A stretch of DNA of 58,096 nt from an uncultured Candidatus Saccharibacteria bacterium (GCA_964477805.1 CAYZEK010000001.1:53510-111605), one strand, 5' to 3'; positions 26,464 through 36,606 are shown, numbered from the stretch's first letter. Numbers and translations are program-made. The notes: generated from the sequence alone by a model not told the origin.

Positions 26464-26692
26464 TGCGGATAATTAAAAAGTTATTAACAACAAAAATTTT
26501 CAGATTTAATTTATACACAATTGAAGAATTATTTATCCAGATTTAATAATTAATTATTAATAAGTTAATCCACAACCTGAAAGAATATTAAACAGTTTAA
26601 TTAAAAGAGAAATTTTATTAATAAGGCACTTATCCTCTTATCCACTGACCTTATTATTATGTATTATCTTATTTAATTAATTAATACTAATA
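26464..26692. promoter_or_regulatory. oriC part 2: DnaA-box cluster plus AT-rich unwinding region between dnaA and dnaN
   Basis: Boxes: TGCGGATAA (reverse strand) at 26464-26472, TTATACACA at 26511-26519, TTATCCAGA at 26533-26541, TAATCCACA at 26566-26574, TTATCCTCT at 26630-26638 and TTATCCACT at 26638-26646. These are followed by GACC and an almost pure A/T run to 26692. Confidence 0.75.
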
Positions 26693-27787
26693 ATGAAAAT
26701 AATTTGCACACAAGAAAATTTAAAGATTGGTTTGCAACAAGTTGCAAGAATTGTTGGTTCAAGTTCAACGCTACCAATTTTAAATAACATTTTGCTTCAA
26801 ACCGAAAACGGGCAACTTAAAATTTCTGCAACTAATTTAGAAATGGGTATTAATACTTTAATTCGTTGTAAAATTGAGCAAGATGGTGGAGTTTGCGTTT
26901 CTGCAAAGGTGTTATTGGATTTGATTAATAATTTACCTAATGAAAATATTTTAATTGAAACAAAAGAAAACGATGTTTTAGTTGCTACTGAGAGATACCA
27001 GACTAAAATAAAATATTTGCCAACTGAAGATTTTCCATTGATCCCAGAAATTGATAATAGCTCAGTTGTTGAAATCCCTTCTAGAACTTTAAAAGAAACC
27101 ATTGATTCAGTTTTGTTTGCAGTAAGTACTAGCGAGACACAACCAGAAATTTCAGGAGTTCTTTTTAAATTAGAAAATAATATTTTAACAATTACTGCTA
27201 CCGATCGATACCGATTAGCAGAAATGAAACTACCGGTATCAACTAGCGTTTCTATGTCTGTGATACTCCCTAACAGAAGTGTAGGCGAGCTTTCTAGACT
27301 ACTTGCAAATGTTGATGAACCAATTAATTTGCATATTAGTTCAACACAAATCGCCTTATCAGTGAATGGTACTTACATGGTTACCAGGCTTATTGATGGT
27401 CAATATCCTGAATATTCACAAATTATCCCTGAAGAGTCAGGAGCTGTTATAACTTTGGAGCGTTCTGAGTTTCTTTCAGCATTAAAAACTAGTGGAATTT
27501 TTTCTAAAGGGGTAGGAAGTATAACAATAGATTATCATGAAGATAAACAAACTATTTATATAAATTCATCATCTCAAGGTGTTGGGGAAAGTGTTATTGA
27601 GATTCCTTGCACTATAAAAAATGGTTCCGGTTCAGTAATAATGAATTACCGATATATTTTAGATTTCCTAGTAAACACAACAGATGCTACACTTAATATC
27701 CATATAATTGACGATACAAATCCAGTCGTGTTTAAACCAAAAGAAAAACCAAATTATTTATATTTAATAATGCCAATACGCTTATAA
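26693..27787 (+). CDS. dnaN: DNA polymerase III subunit beta
   Basis: 364 aa with a three-domain clamp pattern (TDRYRLA, LIDGQYPEY) and the conserved position after dnaA. Confidence 0.95.
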   Translation: MKIICTQENLKIGLQQVARIVGSSSTLPILNNILLQTENGQLKISATNLEMGINTLIRCKIEQDGGVCVSAKVLLDLINNLPNENILIETKENDVLVATERYQTKIKYLPTEDFPLIPEIDNSSVVEIPSRTLKETIDSVLFAVSTSETQPEISGVLFKLENNILTITATDRYRLAEMKLPVSTSVSMSVILPNRSVGELSRLLANVDEPINLHISSTQIALSVNGTYMVTRLIDGQYPEYSQIIPEESGAVITLERSEFLSALKTSGIFSKGVGSITIDYHEDKQTIYINSSSQGVGESVIEIPCTIKNGSGSVIMNYRYILDFLVNTTDATLNIHIIDDTNPVVFKPKEKPNYLYLIMPIRL

Positions 27788-27790
27788 CTT

Positions 27791-28873
27791 ATGAAAATTA
27801 CTAACATCCAGATAAAAAATATCCGTAATTACCCTAATTTAGATTTAGCTATAACCAGTGATATGGTTGTACTTTCTGGGCCAAATGCAGTAGGGAAAAC
27901 TAACTTAATGGAATCGATTTATTTTGGTTCACTTTTTAAATCTTTTCGCGACGATGCCGAGTTTATTTTTTTACAAGGGACTAATAATGCAGAAATAAAA
28001 ATTGATATTGAGCAAAATGGACAAGAACATAGCCTAGAAGTTTTTTTGGAAAAACGGGATCGAATCTATGCAAACTTCAAGATTGATGGTGTGAAGAAAA
28101 AACGAAAAGAAGCACAGGGTTATGTGCGCGTAGTTATATTCGAACCAACTGATGTAGATTTGTTTACACAAGTACCAGAAGCAAGGCGTAAATATCTAAA
28201 TATGGTACTTTCTCAAAAGAGTTTAGAATACTCTGATAATTTGGTTAGATATAAAAAAGTTTTGACTCAAAAGAATAAGCTTTTGCAAGATATTCGCGCT
28301 GGATTAGCCCAGCCAGATGGATTGGGTTTATGGAACGATCAATTAGTGGAAATTGGGTCAGAAATTATTTTCGAACGCAAGAATTTTATTAACTATTTAA
28401 ATCAGCATATATCTGAGGTCTATACTGGGATATCACAATTCCACCGCACTATAGATGTAGTATACGAAACAATCCCAGGTGATAGCATTGAAGAGATTAA
28501 AACTGAATTCAAAACTGCTTTAGAAAAACTCAATAATAGAGAGATTTCGGCGGGGACATCGCTAATCGGTCCTCATCGCGATGATTTTGATTTAAAAAGC
28601 GAAGGTATTTATTTAGTGTCTTTCTCTTCACGAGGGGAACAACGCAGTCAAGTACTTTCTTTAAAAATTCTTGAGTTAGAATATTTATCCAGAGAAAAAG
28701 ATACCCCAATACTATTATTAGACGACGTCCTTTCTGAACTTGATGATACCAGACGCACCTTCTTATTAAGGTATTTACAAGGAAAGTTCCAAACTTTTAT
28801 TACTACCACTCATCCATTAGAAATGGTGGGCCAACATGTTACTTTAAGTCCTAGTGCCCAAGAAGCTAGTTAA
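27791..28873 (+). CDS. recF: DNA replication and repair protein RecF
   Basis: 360 aa. Walker A GPNAVGKTNL, SMC-like signature FSSRGEQR and Walker B LLLDDV. Confidence 0.92.
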   Translation: MKITNIQIKNIRNYPNLDLAITSDMVVLSGPNAVGKTNLMESIYFGSLFKSFRDDAEFIFLQGTNNAEIKIDIEQNGQEHSLEVFLEKRDRIYANFKIDGVKKKRKEAQGYVRVVIFEPTDVDLFTQVPEARRKYLNMVLSQKSLEYSDNLVRYKKVLTQKNKLLQDIRAGLAQPDGLGLWNDQLVEIGSEIIFERKNFINYLNQHISEVYTGISQFHRTIDVVYETIPGDSIEEIKTEFKTALEKLNNREISAGTSLIGPHRDDFDLKSEGIYLVSFSSRGEQRSQVLSLKILELEYLSREKDTPILLLDDVLSELDDTRRTFLLRYLQGKFQTFITTTHPLEMVGQHVTLSPSAQEAS

Positions 28874-28874
28874 G

Positions 28875-29948
28875 TTATAAATACTTAGTAAGTTTAGGGT
28901 TGGCCTTTATCTTACTAATGAGATCCTTTAGTTCCTCTGATTTTTCTTTATCAGCTACTAATACTGATTCAGGAGTGACAACTATGATCAAATTTTTTGT
29001 GTGCACAGTAGTAACAAGTTGATTTTTATTATAATTATAAATTAAAGTCCCTTCTGTTTGATGAGAAAGAGTCAAACCTTTTACAAGGTTATTTTTTGGT
29101 TTAGATTGAATATCTTTAATCACTGACCACCGTCCAATATCTGCCCAGTCAAATTTTGCCTTAATAGCCTTTAATTGTTTTGGGTGAGAATTGAAAATTT
29201 CTTCGAAATCAAAATCTGGCATTTGCTTGTAGTACTTAGCGATCATTTTGATTTGTTTAGAAGTACCAATGTATGGCTTAATTTTCATCAACAGATTGAA
29301 AACTTCAGGTCTGTATTGTTTATACAAGTTCAAAATATGATCAGTATGGGATATGAAGTATCCGGTATTCCAAACAAAATTCTTTGAAGCGAGATATTTT
29401 TTTGCTTCCAATTGACTAGGTTTTTTTGTAAATTTGTTAACAGTGAAAATACTTTTATTTTGAGAAATAGCGTGGCCGGTTTGTATATAACAGAAACCTG
29501 TATGAGGGGAAGTTGGTTTAATCCCTATCGCAACTACAGAATTGATATTTTTTTTGATGTAATTTGCACCAAGATTTAATGCGTCATGATAGATTTTATC
29601 TTGTTTGATATAATCGTCTGCCCAAGCAGTTGCAAATATTTTGTCATTACTAAAATGATTCATTATCAAAACAGCTAAGCCTAAAGCTGGTCCACGATTG
29701 CGTTGAATGGGCTCCAAAGAATAATGGGTTTTTGGTAACGAGGGTAACTGCTTCCGAATCTGTGCTTCGTAGTCATTTGATGTAGCAATAAAGACCTGAT
29801 TTACTTTATTGCCTTTTTTGACGCGCTTATAGGTGTGTTGGAGTAGGGTATCGTCCCCAACGAATTTTAATAACTGTTTAGGTTTAGATTTACGGCTAGC
29901 TGGCCACAATCTTGTGCCTGATCCACCAGCAAAAATTAAAATGTTCAT
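28875..29948 (-). CDS. mannose-1-phosphate guanylyltransferase-like sugar nucleotidyltransferase
   Basis: 357 aa. N-terminus ILIFAGGSGTRLWPASRKSKPKQLL is typical of ManC/CpsB-type NTP transferases. No cupin/isomerase domain. Confidence 0.8.
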   Translation of the reverse strand: MNILIFAGGSGTRLWPASRKSKPKQLLKFVGDDTLLQHTYKRVKKGNKVNQVFIATSNDYEAQIRKQLPSLPKTHYSLEPIQRNRGPALGLAVLIMNHFSNDKIFATAWADDYIKQDKIYHDALNLGANYIKKNINSVVAIGIKPTSPHTGFCYIQTGHAISQNKSIFTVNKFTKKPSQLEAKKYLASKNFVWNTGYFISHTDHILNLYKQYRPEVFNLLMKIKPYIGTSKQIKMIAKYYKQMPDFDFEEIFNSHPKQLKAIKAKFDWADIGRWSVIKDIQSKPKNNLVKGLTLSHQTEGTLIYNYNKNQLVTTVHTKNLIIVVTPESVLVADKEKSEELKDLISKIKANPKLTKYL

Positions 29949-29969
29949 AAAATAAATCCAAACTTTAAA

Positions 29970-30512
29970 TTAAGGTCTTGGTTTTTCTTTAGTCCCATGT
30001 TTTTCATATAGGTCTAAAATTATACTTGCTATTTCACTAGGGTTTGGGACATTGTCAAACTCAAATCGCTCAGTACCACCTGCAGTCTGGATGAATACAG
30101 TCCCATAATTAAGTATATTTCCAAATAAACCTTTGGTATGACTACTAACATCTTCTATTGTTTCGATGTTTAGCTCGGATACTTCACGAGACAACAAACC
30201 AACTTGATCAATGTCCACCACTCTTTCTCCACTTACAATATGGACATTGAGATAATACAAAACAAACACTATAAACAATGCAGTTAGTAAGCCGAGATAA
30301 TAAGTATTAAACACAGCCGAAGAAATTAATATTGCCGTTTCATTCCTTAGGAAAGTTGTGAAGTCAATCAATAAAATCTTAAAAACCCATGGCAGTAATG
30401 ACAGTAAAGCTATTGTAATTATTTTTATAAATAATCTAAACCAATGTTCCCGGACGACTAAAATGATTTTTTCATTTGGTTGTTGGCTTGGGAATAATTT
30501 TTGATACGGCAT
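29970..30512 (-). CDS. membrane protein with a bacterial PH (bPH_2, YdbS/YdbT-like) domain
   Basis: 180 aa with two TM helices followed by a cytoplasmic beta-rich domain (GTVFIQTAGGTERFEFDNVPNP). Confidence 0.55.
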   Translation of the reverse strand: MPYQKLFPSQQPNEKIILVVREHWFRLFIKIITIALLSLLPWVFKILLIDFTTFLRNETAILISSAVFNTYYLGLLTALFIVFVLYYLNVHIVSGERVVDIDQVGLLSREVSELNIETIEDVSSHTKGLFGNILNYGTVFIQTAGGTERFEFDNVPNPSEIASIILDLYEKHGTKEKPRP

Positions 30513-30719
30513 TTAAAAAATTTTTTGAATAGTAAGAAAAGTTGATAAGGTGCTTAGTATAAATATAGCGCTAAAAATTAGGCTAGTTATTATAGTAAAA
30601 GTTTTTGTTCGACCGTAACGGGTAAAAATATAAATTGCCATTAAAGAAATAAGCGCGAAGAATCCTGTTATGACAAAAAATATAATCATGACGACATAAT
30701 TAATAATTTGTGTGTTCAT
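30513..30719 (-). CDS. hypothetical two-TM small membrane protein
   Basis: 68 aa. It abuts the downstream gene with no gap. No family recognised. Confidence 0.4.
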   Translation of the reverse strand: MNTQIINYVVMIIFFVITGFFALISLMAIYIFTRYGRTKTFTIITSLIFSAIFILSTLSTFLTIQKIF

Positions 30720-30742
30720 AAAATTTGCAAAATGAATAATTA

Positions 30743-31759
30743 CTAAAGTAAAGGCCGTTTGTAGCCAAGATGTTCATAAGCCTTTTCTGTTACTTGTCTA
30801 CCTTTAGGTGTTCGCGTTAAGAATCCGGCACGAATTAAAAATGGTTCGTGCATATCAGCGATAGTTTCTTCTTCTTCCCCAGTCGAAGCGGCGATAGTAT
30901 TTAAACCAACTGGACCACCTTTAAATACTTCAATAATAGTAGATAGGATTTTACGGTCATGTTTATCTAGACCAAACATATCTATTTCTAACAATTTTAA
31001 GGCATTTTCAGTATCTTCAATGTTAATTGTATCATGGCCAGAAACCTGAGCGAAGTCTCTCACTCGCTTTAGTAAACGATTACTGATCCGAGGGGTAAAT
31101 CGGCTTCGCTGGGCGATAATATAGGCGGCATCTTGATTAATGCTTGTTTTAAGAATTTGTGCAGATCGAGAAATAATTTTTTGCAAATCATCATCATCGT
31201 AATAATCAAAATGATAAACCATCCCAAAACGATCTCTTAGTGGTGCAGAAATAGACCCGATCCGGGTAGTCGCTCCAATTAAGGTAAATTTAGGTAGCTC
31301 CATCCGGACACTGCGTGCTCCAGGTCCTTTTCCAACCATTATGTCTAAGGCGCCATCTTCTAAGGCTGGGTATAAAATCTCTTCAGCAACTTTATTAAGC
31401 CGATGAATTTCATCAATAAACAGAATATCGCCATCATTCAAATTTGTTAATAACGATGCAACATCACCTGGCTTTTCGATGGCTGGGCCAGAAGTGGTTT
31501 TTATTCCAGCATTAATTTCCCTAGCAATGATGTTAGCTAAAGTTGTTTTGCCTAATCCTGGTGGTCCATATAAGAGCAAGTGCTCTAAACCTTCTCGGCG
31601 AATTTTAGCAGCCTGTATAACAATACCTAAATTCGATTTTAAGGCTTGCTGACCGATAAAGTCGGAAAGGGTTTGTGGCCGAAGGGTTAATTCTAATCCC
31701 TGCTCGTCTGGGGTAACATCAGTTTTTAAAATTGTTTCTGAATCACTTGAAGAAATCAT
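30743..31759 (-). CDS. ruvB: Holliday junction branch migration helicase RuvB
   Basis: 338 aa. [24 protein letters not shown] and a winged-helix C-terminus. Confidence 0.96.
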   Translation of the reverse strand: MISSSDSETILKTDVTPDEQGLELTLRPQTLSDFIGQQALKSNLGIVIQAAKIRREGLEHLLLYGPPGLGKTTLANIIAREINAGIKTTSGPAIEKPGDVASLLTNLNDGDILFIDEIHRLNKVAEEILYPALEDGALDIMVGKGPGARSVRMELPKFTLIGATTRIGSISAPLRDRFGMVYHFDYYDDDDLQKIISRSAQILKTSINQDAAYIIAQRSRFTPRISNRLLKRVRDFAQVSGHDTINIEDTENALKLLEIDMFGLDKHDRKILSTIIEVFKGGPVGLNTIAASTGEEEETIADMHEPFLIRAGFLTRTPKGRQVTEKAYEHLGYKRPLL

Positions 31760-31769
31760 TTAGGTTATT

Positions 31770-33119
31770 TTAATTCTGTTCTGGCTCAAGGGGTTGATTT
31801 TCATTCTCAGGGTTAATAGTAGTAGACGGCGGTGGACTTGTAATTATAGGGATTGGGTCCACGGCTGGATTTGTTCCTGTGGCTGGGGTGGATGGTATAA
31901 AAGTTTCCTCCTTATGAAATAGAGCAGGGGGTTGGTAAACTGAGTTAAATGTGTCATAAGTAGGATCTTGTCCGATTTTAGTAACTGTGCGTTTCCATGT
32001 TGCTTTCATAGATCCATCACTTTTTTTATCATAGCTATAAGGTGTTCCTAATTCGACCTTGCGCCCATCATATGTGCCGTAAATATCAAATATTAGAATG
32101 TCACTACTTTTAAAGTATGGCCAAATCAAGATGCTATTTTGCGTATCATTAGTAAATTTAAAATCGACAACACCAGGATATATCGTTGCATCTGTCCCTT
32201 GTGGGGCATAGTATTGTACAGCATAAGAATGATTACGGCGTTGGTCAATTTTTAGTCCAGCATGCATAGCGGCACGGAAAGTAGTAGAAGATACTTGGCA
32301 TAAGCCACCTCCGAGTTCTGGGACTGTCCCTGTTTTTTTGATTACTAATTCTGGTTTAAAACCAGCGTAGGCTTCTACTGGGCCGAGATACTTATTGAAA
32401 CTAAATTCTTCTCCCGGTTTGACAATTATCCCTGTCATTTTTTCTACACCAACCCGAATGTTCCATCTGCGGTTGGCTGGGCTACCGTTGAATTTTGATT
32501 CACCACGACCGATCAATTCTTTGATTCCTAAATTATTCAAACTCCCTAGCGGTGTGTGGGGCTCTGTGGTATGGACAACTAATTCCACTGTATTCATTCC
32601 TTTACTAAGAGCATCTATGATTTTCATAGTACTATCATAACGATTTAAAGCCTTGCCAGTTTGTGGGGGAGTAAATTCAGTTACTCTTCCGTTTTCTATT
32701 TTCATAGCTGGTTCACTAGCCTCAGTATTTATACTGTTGGCAATTTGAGTTGTCCAAGCGTATACACTTGCGGGATTAAATTTAAAGGTGCGGGTGGGCG
32801 GTTTATTTGTTGGGTCATTTATGGAAGAAAAATAATCTTTTAAAGTTAATCCGTTATTTTCATTTACTTTCCCAAGTAAAGAAAAAACTGGTCTGACATA
32901 AAGTCCTCGCCAATCATTAACCTGAGCTAATGGGATGGTAGCTGTGGTAGTACTCTCATTAGAGATTACTGGGTCATAATTTGGGACAGGTTGTTGATCA
33001 AACGGAGCCGCACTGATCTGCTTGGTCATCAAAGTAAAAGCTGGGCTCACTATTAAAATTGTGATCATAGTCACCACAATTTTATTTTTAATAATTTTAG
33101 TTTTGATTCGTTGTTGCAT
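31770..33119 (-). CDS. VanW family protein (membrane-anchored)
   Basis: GGGLCQVSSTTFRAAMHAGL..RRNHSY is the VanW core. The ORF track start (33185) overlaps tsaE by 89 nt. Met23 at 33119 (MQQRIKTK plus a TM helix) is more plausible and still overlaps tsaE by 23 nt. Confidence 0.8.
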   Translation of the reverse strand: MQQRIKTKIIKNKIVVTMITILIVSPAFTLMTKQISAAPFDQQPVPNYDPVISNESTTTATIPLAQVNDWRGLYVRPVFSLLGKVNENNGLTLKDYFSSINDPTNKPPTRTFKFNPASVYAWTTQIANSINTEASEPAMKIENGRVTEFTPPQTGKALNRYDSTMKIIDALSKGMNTVELVVHTTEPHTPLGSLNNLGIKELIGRGESKFNGSPANRRWNIRVGVEKMTGIIVKPGEEFSFNKYLGPVEAYAGFKPELVIKKTGTVPELGGGLCQVSSTTFRAAMHAGLKIDQRRNHSYAVQYYAPQGTDATIYPGVVDFKFTNDTQNSILIWPYFKSSDILIFDIYGTYDGRKVELGTPYSYDKKSDGSMKATWKRTVTKIGQDPTYDTFNSVYQPPALFHKEETFIPSTPATGTNPAVDPIPIITSPPPSTTINPENENQPLEPEQN

Positions 33120-33540
33120 CTCTGTAAAGATAAATAATTTGTGCAGTAGCAGGGAGATGTTTCTGGATTTTGTCAGCCCACTCAATAACTGTGACCGTCT
33201 CTGGGTGGCTCCACAATTGAGTTATACCTAGGCTTTCAATATCTTTAAAACTTTTCGTTCTGTATAAATCTAAATGGTAAAGATAAAGTTTTCGTTTAGG
33301 GATTTTAAATTCTTGCATTATAACAAAAGTGGGACTGGAAATAGATTGATGAATACCCAGAGCTTTTCCCAGCGCTTTGGTAAATGTAGTTTTCCCACTG
33401 CCTAACTCACCAACTAATGCAATTATTTCACCACCCTTTATTTTGCTAGCCAGCTTTGAGGCATAGTCCTCCGCTTTAGAAAGAGGAACGGCGATGCTTG
33501 TTCCAAAACCCTGCGCCATTTTTTTAGGAGATAAAACCAT
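33097..33540 (-). CDS. tsaE: tRNA t6A37 biosynthesis protein TsaE
   Basis: 147 aa. LVGELGSGKTTFTK, SPTF, HLDLYR and EW motifs. Confidence 0.85.
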   Translation of the reverse strand: MVLSPKKMAQGFGTSIAVPLSKAEDYASKLASKIKGGEIIALVGELGSGKTTFTKALGKALGIHQSISSPTFVIMQEFKIPKRKLYLYHLDLYRTKSFKDIESLGITQLWSHPETVTVIEWADKIQKHLPATAQIIYLYRDATTNQN

Positions 33541-33576
33541 CTATTCTCTGGTTAGTTTAACTATATTGTAGCTGGA

Positions 33577-33605
33577 TTGACCTTATTAGTAAAATTCGTT
33601 ATAGT
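33577..33605 (+). promoter_or_regulatory. promoter TTGACC-17-TATAGT
   Basis: -35 at 33577-33582 and -10 at 33600-33605. SD AGGTG at 33614-33618. Confidence 0.5.
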
Positions 33606-33625
33606 GATAAGCTAGGTGCATGAAT

Positions 33626-34822
33626 ATGGCTGAAAATAATAATACTGACATCCAAAATATACTTAAAAATATTGGTAAATCTCGCCGCATAGCGATTGCT
33701 CTGCCGGATACCGTTTCTATAGACGCTTTATGCTCGGCTTTGGCTCTTCAGGCTGCAATAATGGAGCAGTCGGATAGCTCAGCTACCGTTACAATCTTTT
33801 CTAGTGCTGTAGAACTTCCATCATTACCATTTTTGAAGCGTAAACCAGAAGTTATTTCTGCTCTGAGTGAGGGGAAACAATTGGTAATCAAAGTTTCAAA
33901 TCAACAGGTAGAACCAGGAGAACTTAGTTATGAAATCACCACTGAGGGTTTATTTGTATATATCTCCCCTAAAGGTGATGCTAAAGCAACCTTTACTGAG
34001 AAAGATATATCAATACTCCCTCCCTCTACAAATTTTGATTTGGTTGTGATTATTGGAACAACCAATTTTGAGAAATTAGGCAAACTATATACAGAAAATA
34101 CAAAATTATTTTTTGGAACAACACTCATTAACTTGGATATAAGCCCTGATAATGAATATTATGGAACAATAAATTTCGTTAACACCACTGCTAGCAGTCT
34201 ATGTGAAGCGATGATGGATATAGTAGAGGGTTTACCTGGTGGGTTACAAATTAATCGCGTAGTTACAACTTTGTTAGCTGGAATTATTGCTCAAACTGCT
34301 AGTTTTCGTGATCCAAAAACAACTCCGCAAGCCTTGCTAAAGGCATCGCGCCTAGTTTCTGCTGGCGCTCGTCAGCAAGATATTGTCCAGTATTTATTTA
34401 AAACTAAACCGTTACCACTATTACAATTATGGGGTCGGGCATTAGCTCGTTTGGTTCCTTTTCCTGAAAAGAAGGTTTTGACAGCAGTTATTACTCATTC
34501 TGATTTTGAGAAAACAAAAGTTCCGATTGAATCTCTCCACATAGTTTTACGGGATATAGTAGAAATGGTCTCCGGGTATTCTTTAATTTTTTTACTAGCA
34601 GAAACCAGCCTTGATTCTACTCAGGTATTGGTTGCTGGCATGCCTTACGAAAATATCACTAAGTTAATAAATGAATTAACAAAGGAGTCTTTGGTATTCC
34701 AGTTTAATCACACATTGTTAACTGGTAAGTATGAATATGTTTCTGTGTCTGTTCCAGGTAGTCTTGATGAAACACAATCAAAACTTATACAGTTAATTGA
34801 AAAACGCAGTTCTGTGTTATAA
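33626..34822 (+). CDS. DHH/DHHA1-like protein with degenerate catalytic motifs (probable pseudoenzyme)
   Basis: About 398 aa with an alternative ATG at 33620. It has NrnA-like length and layout, but motif I is PDTVSID, DHH is replaced by LDISPDN, DTG by AQTASF, and there is no GGGH. Confidence 0.55.
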   Translation: MAENNNTDIQNILKNIGKSRRIAIALPDTVSIDALCSALALQAAIMEQSDSSATVTIFSSAVELPSLPFLKRKPEVISALSEGKQLVIKVSNQQVEPGELSYEITTEGLFVYISPKGDAKATFTEKDISILPPSTNFDLVVIIGTTNFEKLGKLYTENTKLFFGTTLINLDISPDNEYYGTINFVNTTASSLCEAMMDIVEGLPGGLQINRVVTTLLAGIIAQTASFRDPKTTPQALLKASRLVSAGARQQDIVQYLFKTKPLPLLQLWGRALARLVPFPEKKVLTAVITHSDFEKTKVPIESLHIVLRDIVEMVSGYSLIFLLAETSLDSTQVLVAGMPYENITKLINELTKESLVFQFNHTLLTGKYEYVSVSVPGSLDETQSKLIQLIEKRSSVL

Positions 34823-34865
34823 TAAAGGCCTAACGGCTCACTATTTTTGAAATCAAAATAAAAAA

Positions 34866-36497
34866 ATGGGAAATTTTCTTTCTAATAATCAAGATGACTT
34901 AGCCCGTGCTTTAGAAGATTCCAAACGTGAAATTGAAGAGCGTGAATCTCAAAACCGTGCCAGTTCTTTAGGGTTGCAATATATAAATTTGCAAAATTTT
35001 CCAATGGATTTAATGGCGTTAGGCGTTTTCTCTGAACAAGAAGCACAATATACGCAAAGCGTGCCGTTTTACAAAGATAAACATGATTTGCGTGTCGGTA
35101 CCTTTAATCCAAACAATTCTCATCTGAAAGTAAAGCTCTTGGAAATATCTCAGGACTGGAATGTAACAACATACCTCATTTCCGAATCTAGCTACAAGGG
35201 CGCCATGAAGTTCTACAGCAAAGTTGTCCGTCCCACCAATAAATTCCAAGACATTATCCAGTTCACTGATGCAGATCCAGGGAGTGATTTGCAAGTAGTT
35301 ATTGATACCCTAGGAGTGTCTGCTAGTGATGTATTGAACAAGATCTTTGGAGCAGCTGTTGCACAAGGCTCTTCGGATATTCATTTAGAGCCAGAAGAAA
35401 ATATAGTTAAGGTGCGTTTTCGCATTGATGGTGTGTTGCATGATGTTGCGAAAATTTCTAAAACATTTTATCCGCAAATTGTATCGCGCATTAAGCTTCA
35501 GGCAAAACTCAAACTTAATGTTGAAAATGAATCACAGGACGGACGTTTTTCCGTGATGAATAATAATGTTTCATTAGATGTGCGCGTTTCCATTTTACCT
35601 TCTGTATATGACGAAGCAATTGTTTTGCGTTTGTTGGGCGTTGGTGCAGTAGATTTAAAAATAAAAGACTTAGGCCTCTCTGGTAAAGCATTGGATATTG
35701 TGAAAGAACAAATTCAAAAGCCTAACGGAATGGTTTTAACAACTGGACCTACTGGATCGGGTAAAACTACAACATTATATGCCTTTTTACAAGAGCTGAA
35801 TGAGCCTGGTGTAAAAATTATTACCTTAGAGGACCCAGTTGAATATAAGATTTCTGGGATTCAGCAAACCCCAATTGATCATCGGATAGATTTTAGTTTT
35901 GTAAAAGGGTTGCGAGCAATTTTGAGACAAGATCCTGATATTCTAATGGTAGGCGAAATCCGCGATCCCGAGACTGCTGAAACAGCCTTGCAGGCAGCAT
36001 TGACTGGTCATGTCGTACTTTCTACTTTGCATACCAATGATGCTGCTGGCGCTGTCTCTCGTTTAATCACAATGGGTGTAAAACCATTTACAATTGCACC
36101 AGCTTTGAATGCGGTAATCGCTCAGCGATTAGTTCGCCGTTTGTGCGGTGTTTGTATTCAAGCCACAGAACTTTCTAAGGAGTTGCTAGAAAAAGTGACT
36201 GAAATTTTAAATGATATTCCAAAAACCGCTGAAGTAAATGTCCCTGATACACTGCAGTTTTATCATTCTGCTGGATGCAAGGAGTGCAACAACCTTGGTT
36301 ACAAAGGTCGTGTCGGAGTGTATGAGGTTATAGAAATAAATGATGAAATGCGTGAGTTGATCTTAAAAGATCCATCTGTAATAGATATTAAAAAACTTGC
36401 AAAAACGAATGGCACTATGACGATGGCTCAAGATGGTTTAATGAAAGCATTATCCAAAATTACTGATGTTGAAGAAGTTTTTAGGGTCGTTGGTTGA
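34866..36497 (+). CDS. pilB: GspE/PilB family type IV pilus / type II secretion assembly ATPase
   Basis: 543 aa. Walker A TGPTGSGKTTTL, Asp box, Walker B ILMVGEIRD, His box LSTLHTND and a tetracysteine motif (CGVC..CKEC). Confidence 0.9.
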   Translation: MGNFLSNNQDDLARALEDSKREIEERESQNRASSLGLQYINLQNFPMDLMALGVFSEQEAQYTQSVPFYKDKHDLRVGTFNPNNSHLKVKLLEISQDWNVTTYLISESSYKGAMKFYSKVVRPTNKFQDIIQFTDADPGSDLQVVIDTLGVSASDVLNKIFGAAVAQGSSDIHLEPEENIVKVRFRIDGVLHDVAKISKTFYPQIVSRIKLQAKLKLNVENESQDGRFSVMNNNVSLDVRVSILPSVYDEAIVLRLLGVGAVDLKIKDLGLSGKALDIVKEQIQKPNGMVLTTGPTGSGKTTTLYAFLQELNEPGVKIITLEDPVEYKISGIQQTPIDHRIDFSFVKGLRAILRQDPDILMVGEIRDPETAETALQAALTGHVVLSTLHTNDAAGAVSRLITMGVKPFTIAPALNAVIAQRLVRRLCGVCIQATELSKELLEKVTEILNDIPKTAEVNVPDTLQFYHSAGCKECNNLGYKGRVGVYEVIEINDEMRELILKDPSVIDIKKLAKTNGTMTMAQDGLMKALSKITDVEEVFRVVG

Positions 36498-36512
36498 CGC
36501 AGTTAATCTTTA

Positions 36513-36546
36513 GAGAGTGTTCAAATAACACTCTTTTTTTTGTATC
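36513..36546 (+). terminator. intrinsic terminator after pilB
   Basis: AGAGTGTT-caaat-AACACTCT followed by TTTTTTTT. Confidence 0.85.
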
Positions 36547-36606
36547 AAAAAAGCATTACAATATAGAGAGTTTATTCGGGGCTTACTTGAAAATTATTGG
36601 ATTTTT

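Noticed and set aside
28871-28877. recF and the sugar nucleotidyltransferase gene converge with a 1-nt gap and no terminator
   Set aside because: This is real but most simply explained by genome compaction. No hairpin or regulatory element is present to interpret.
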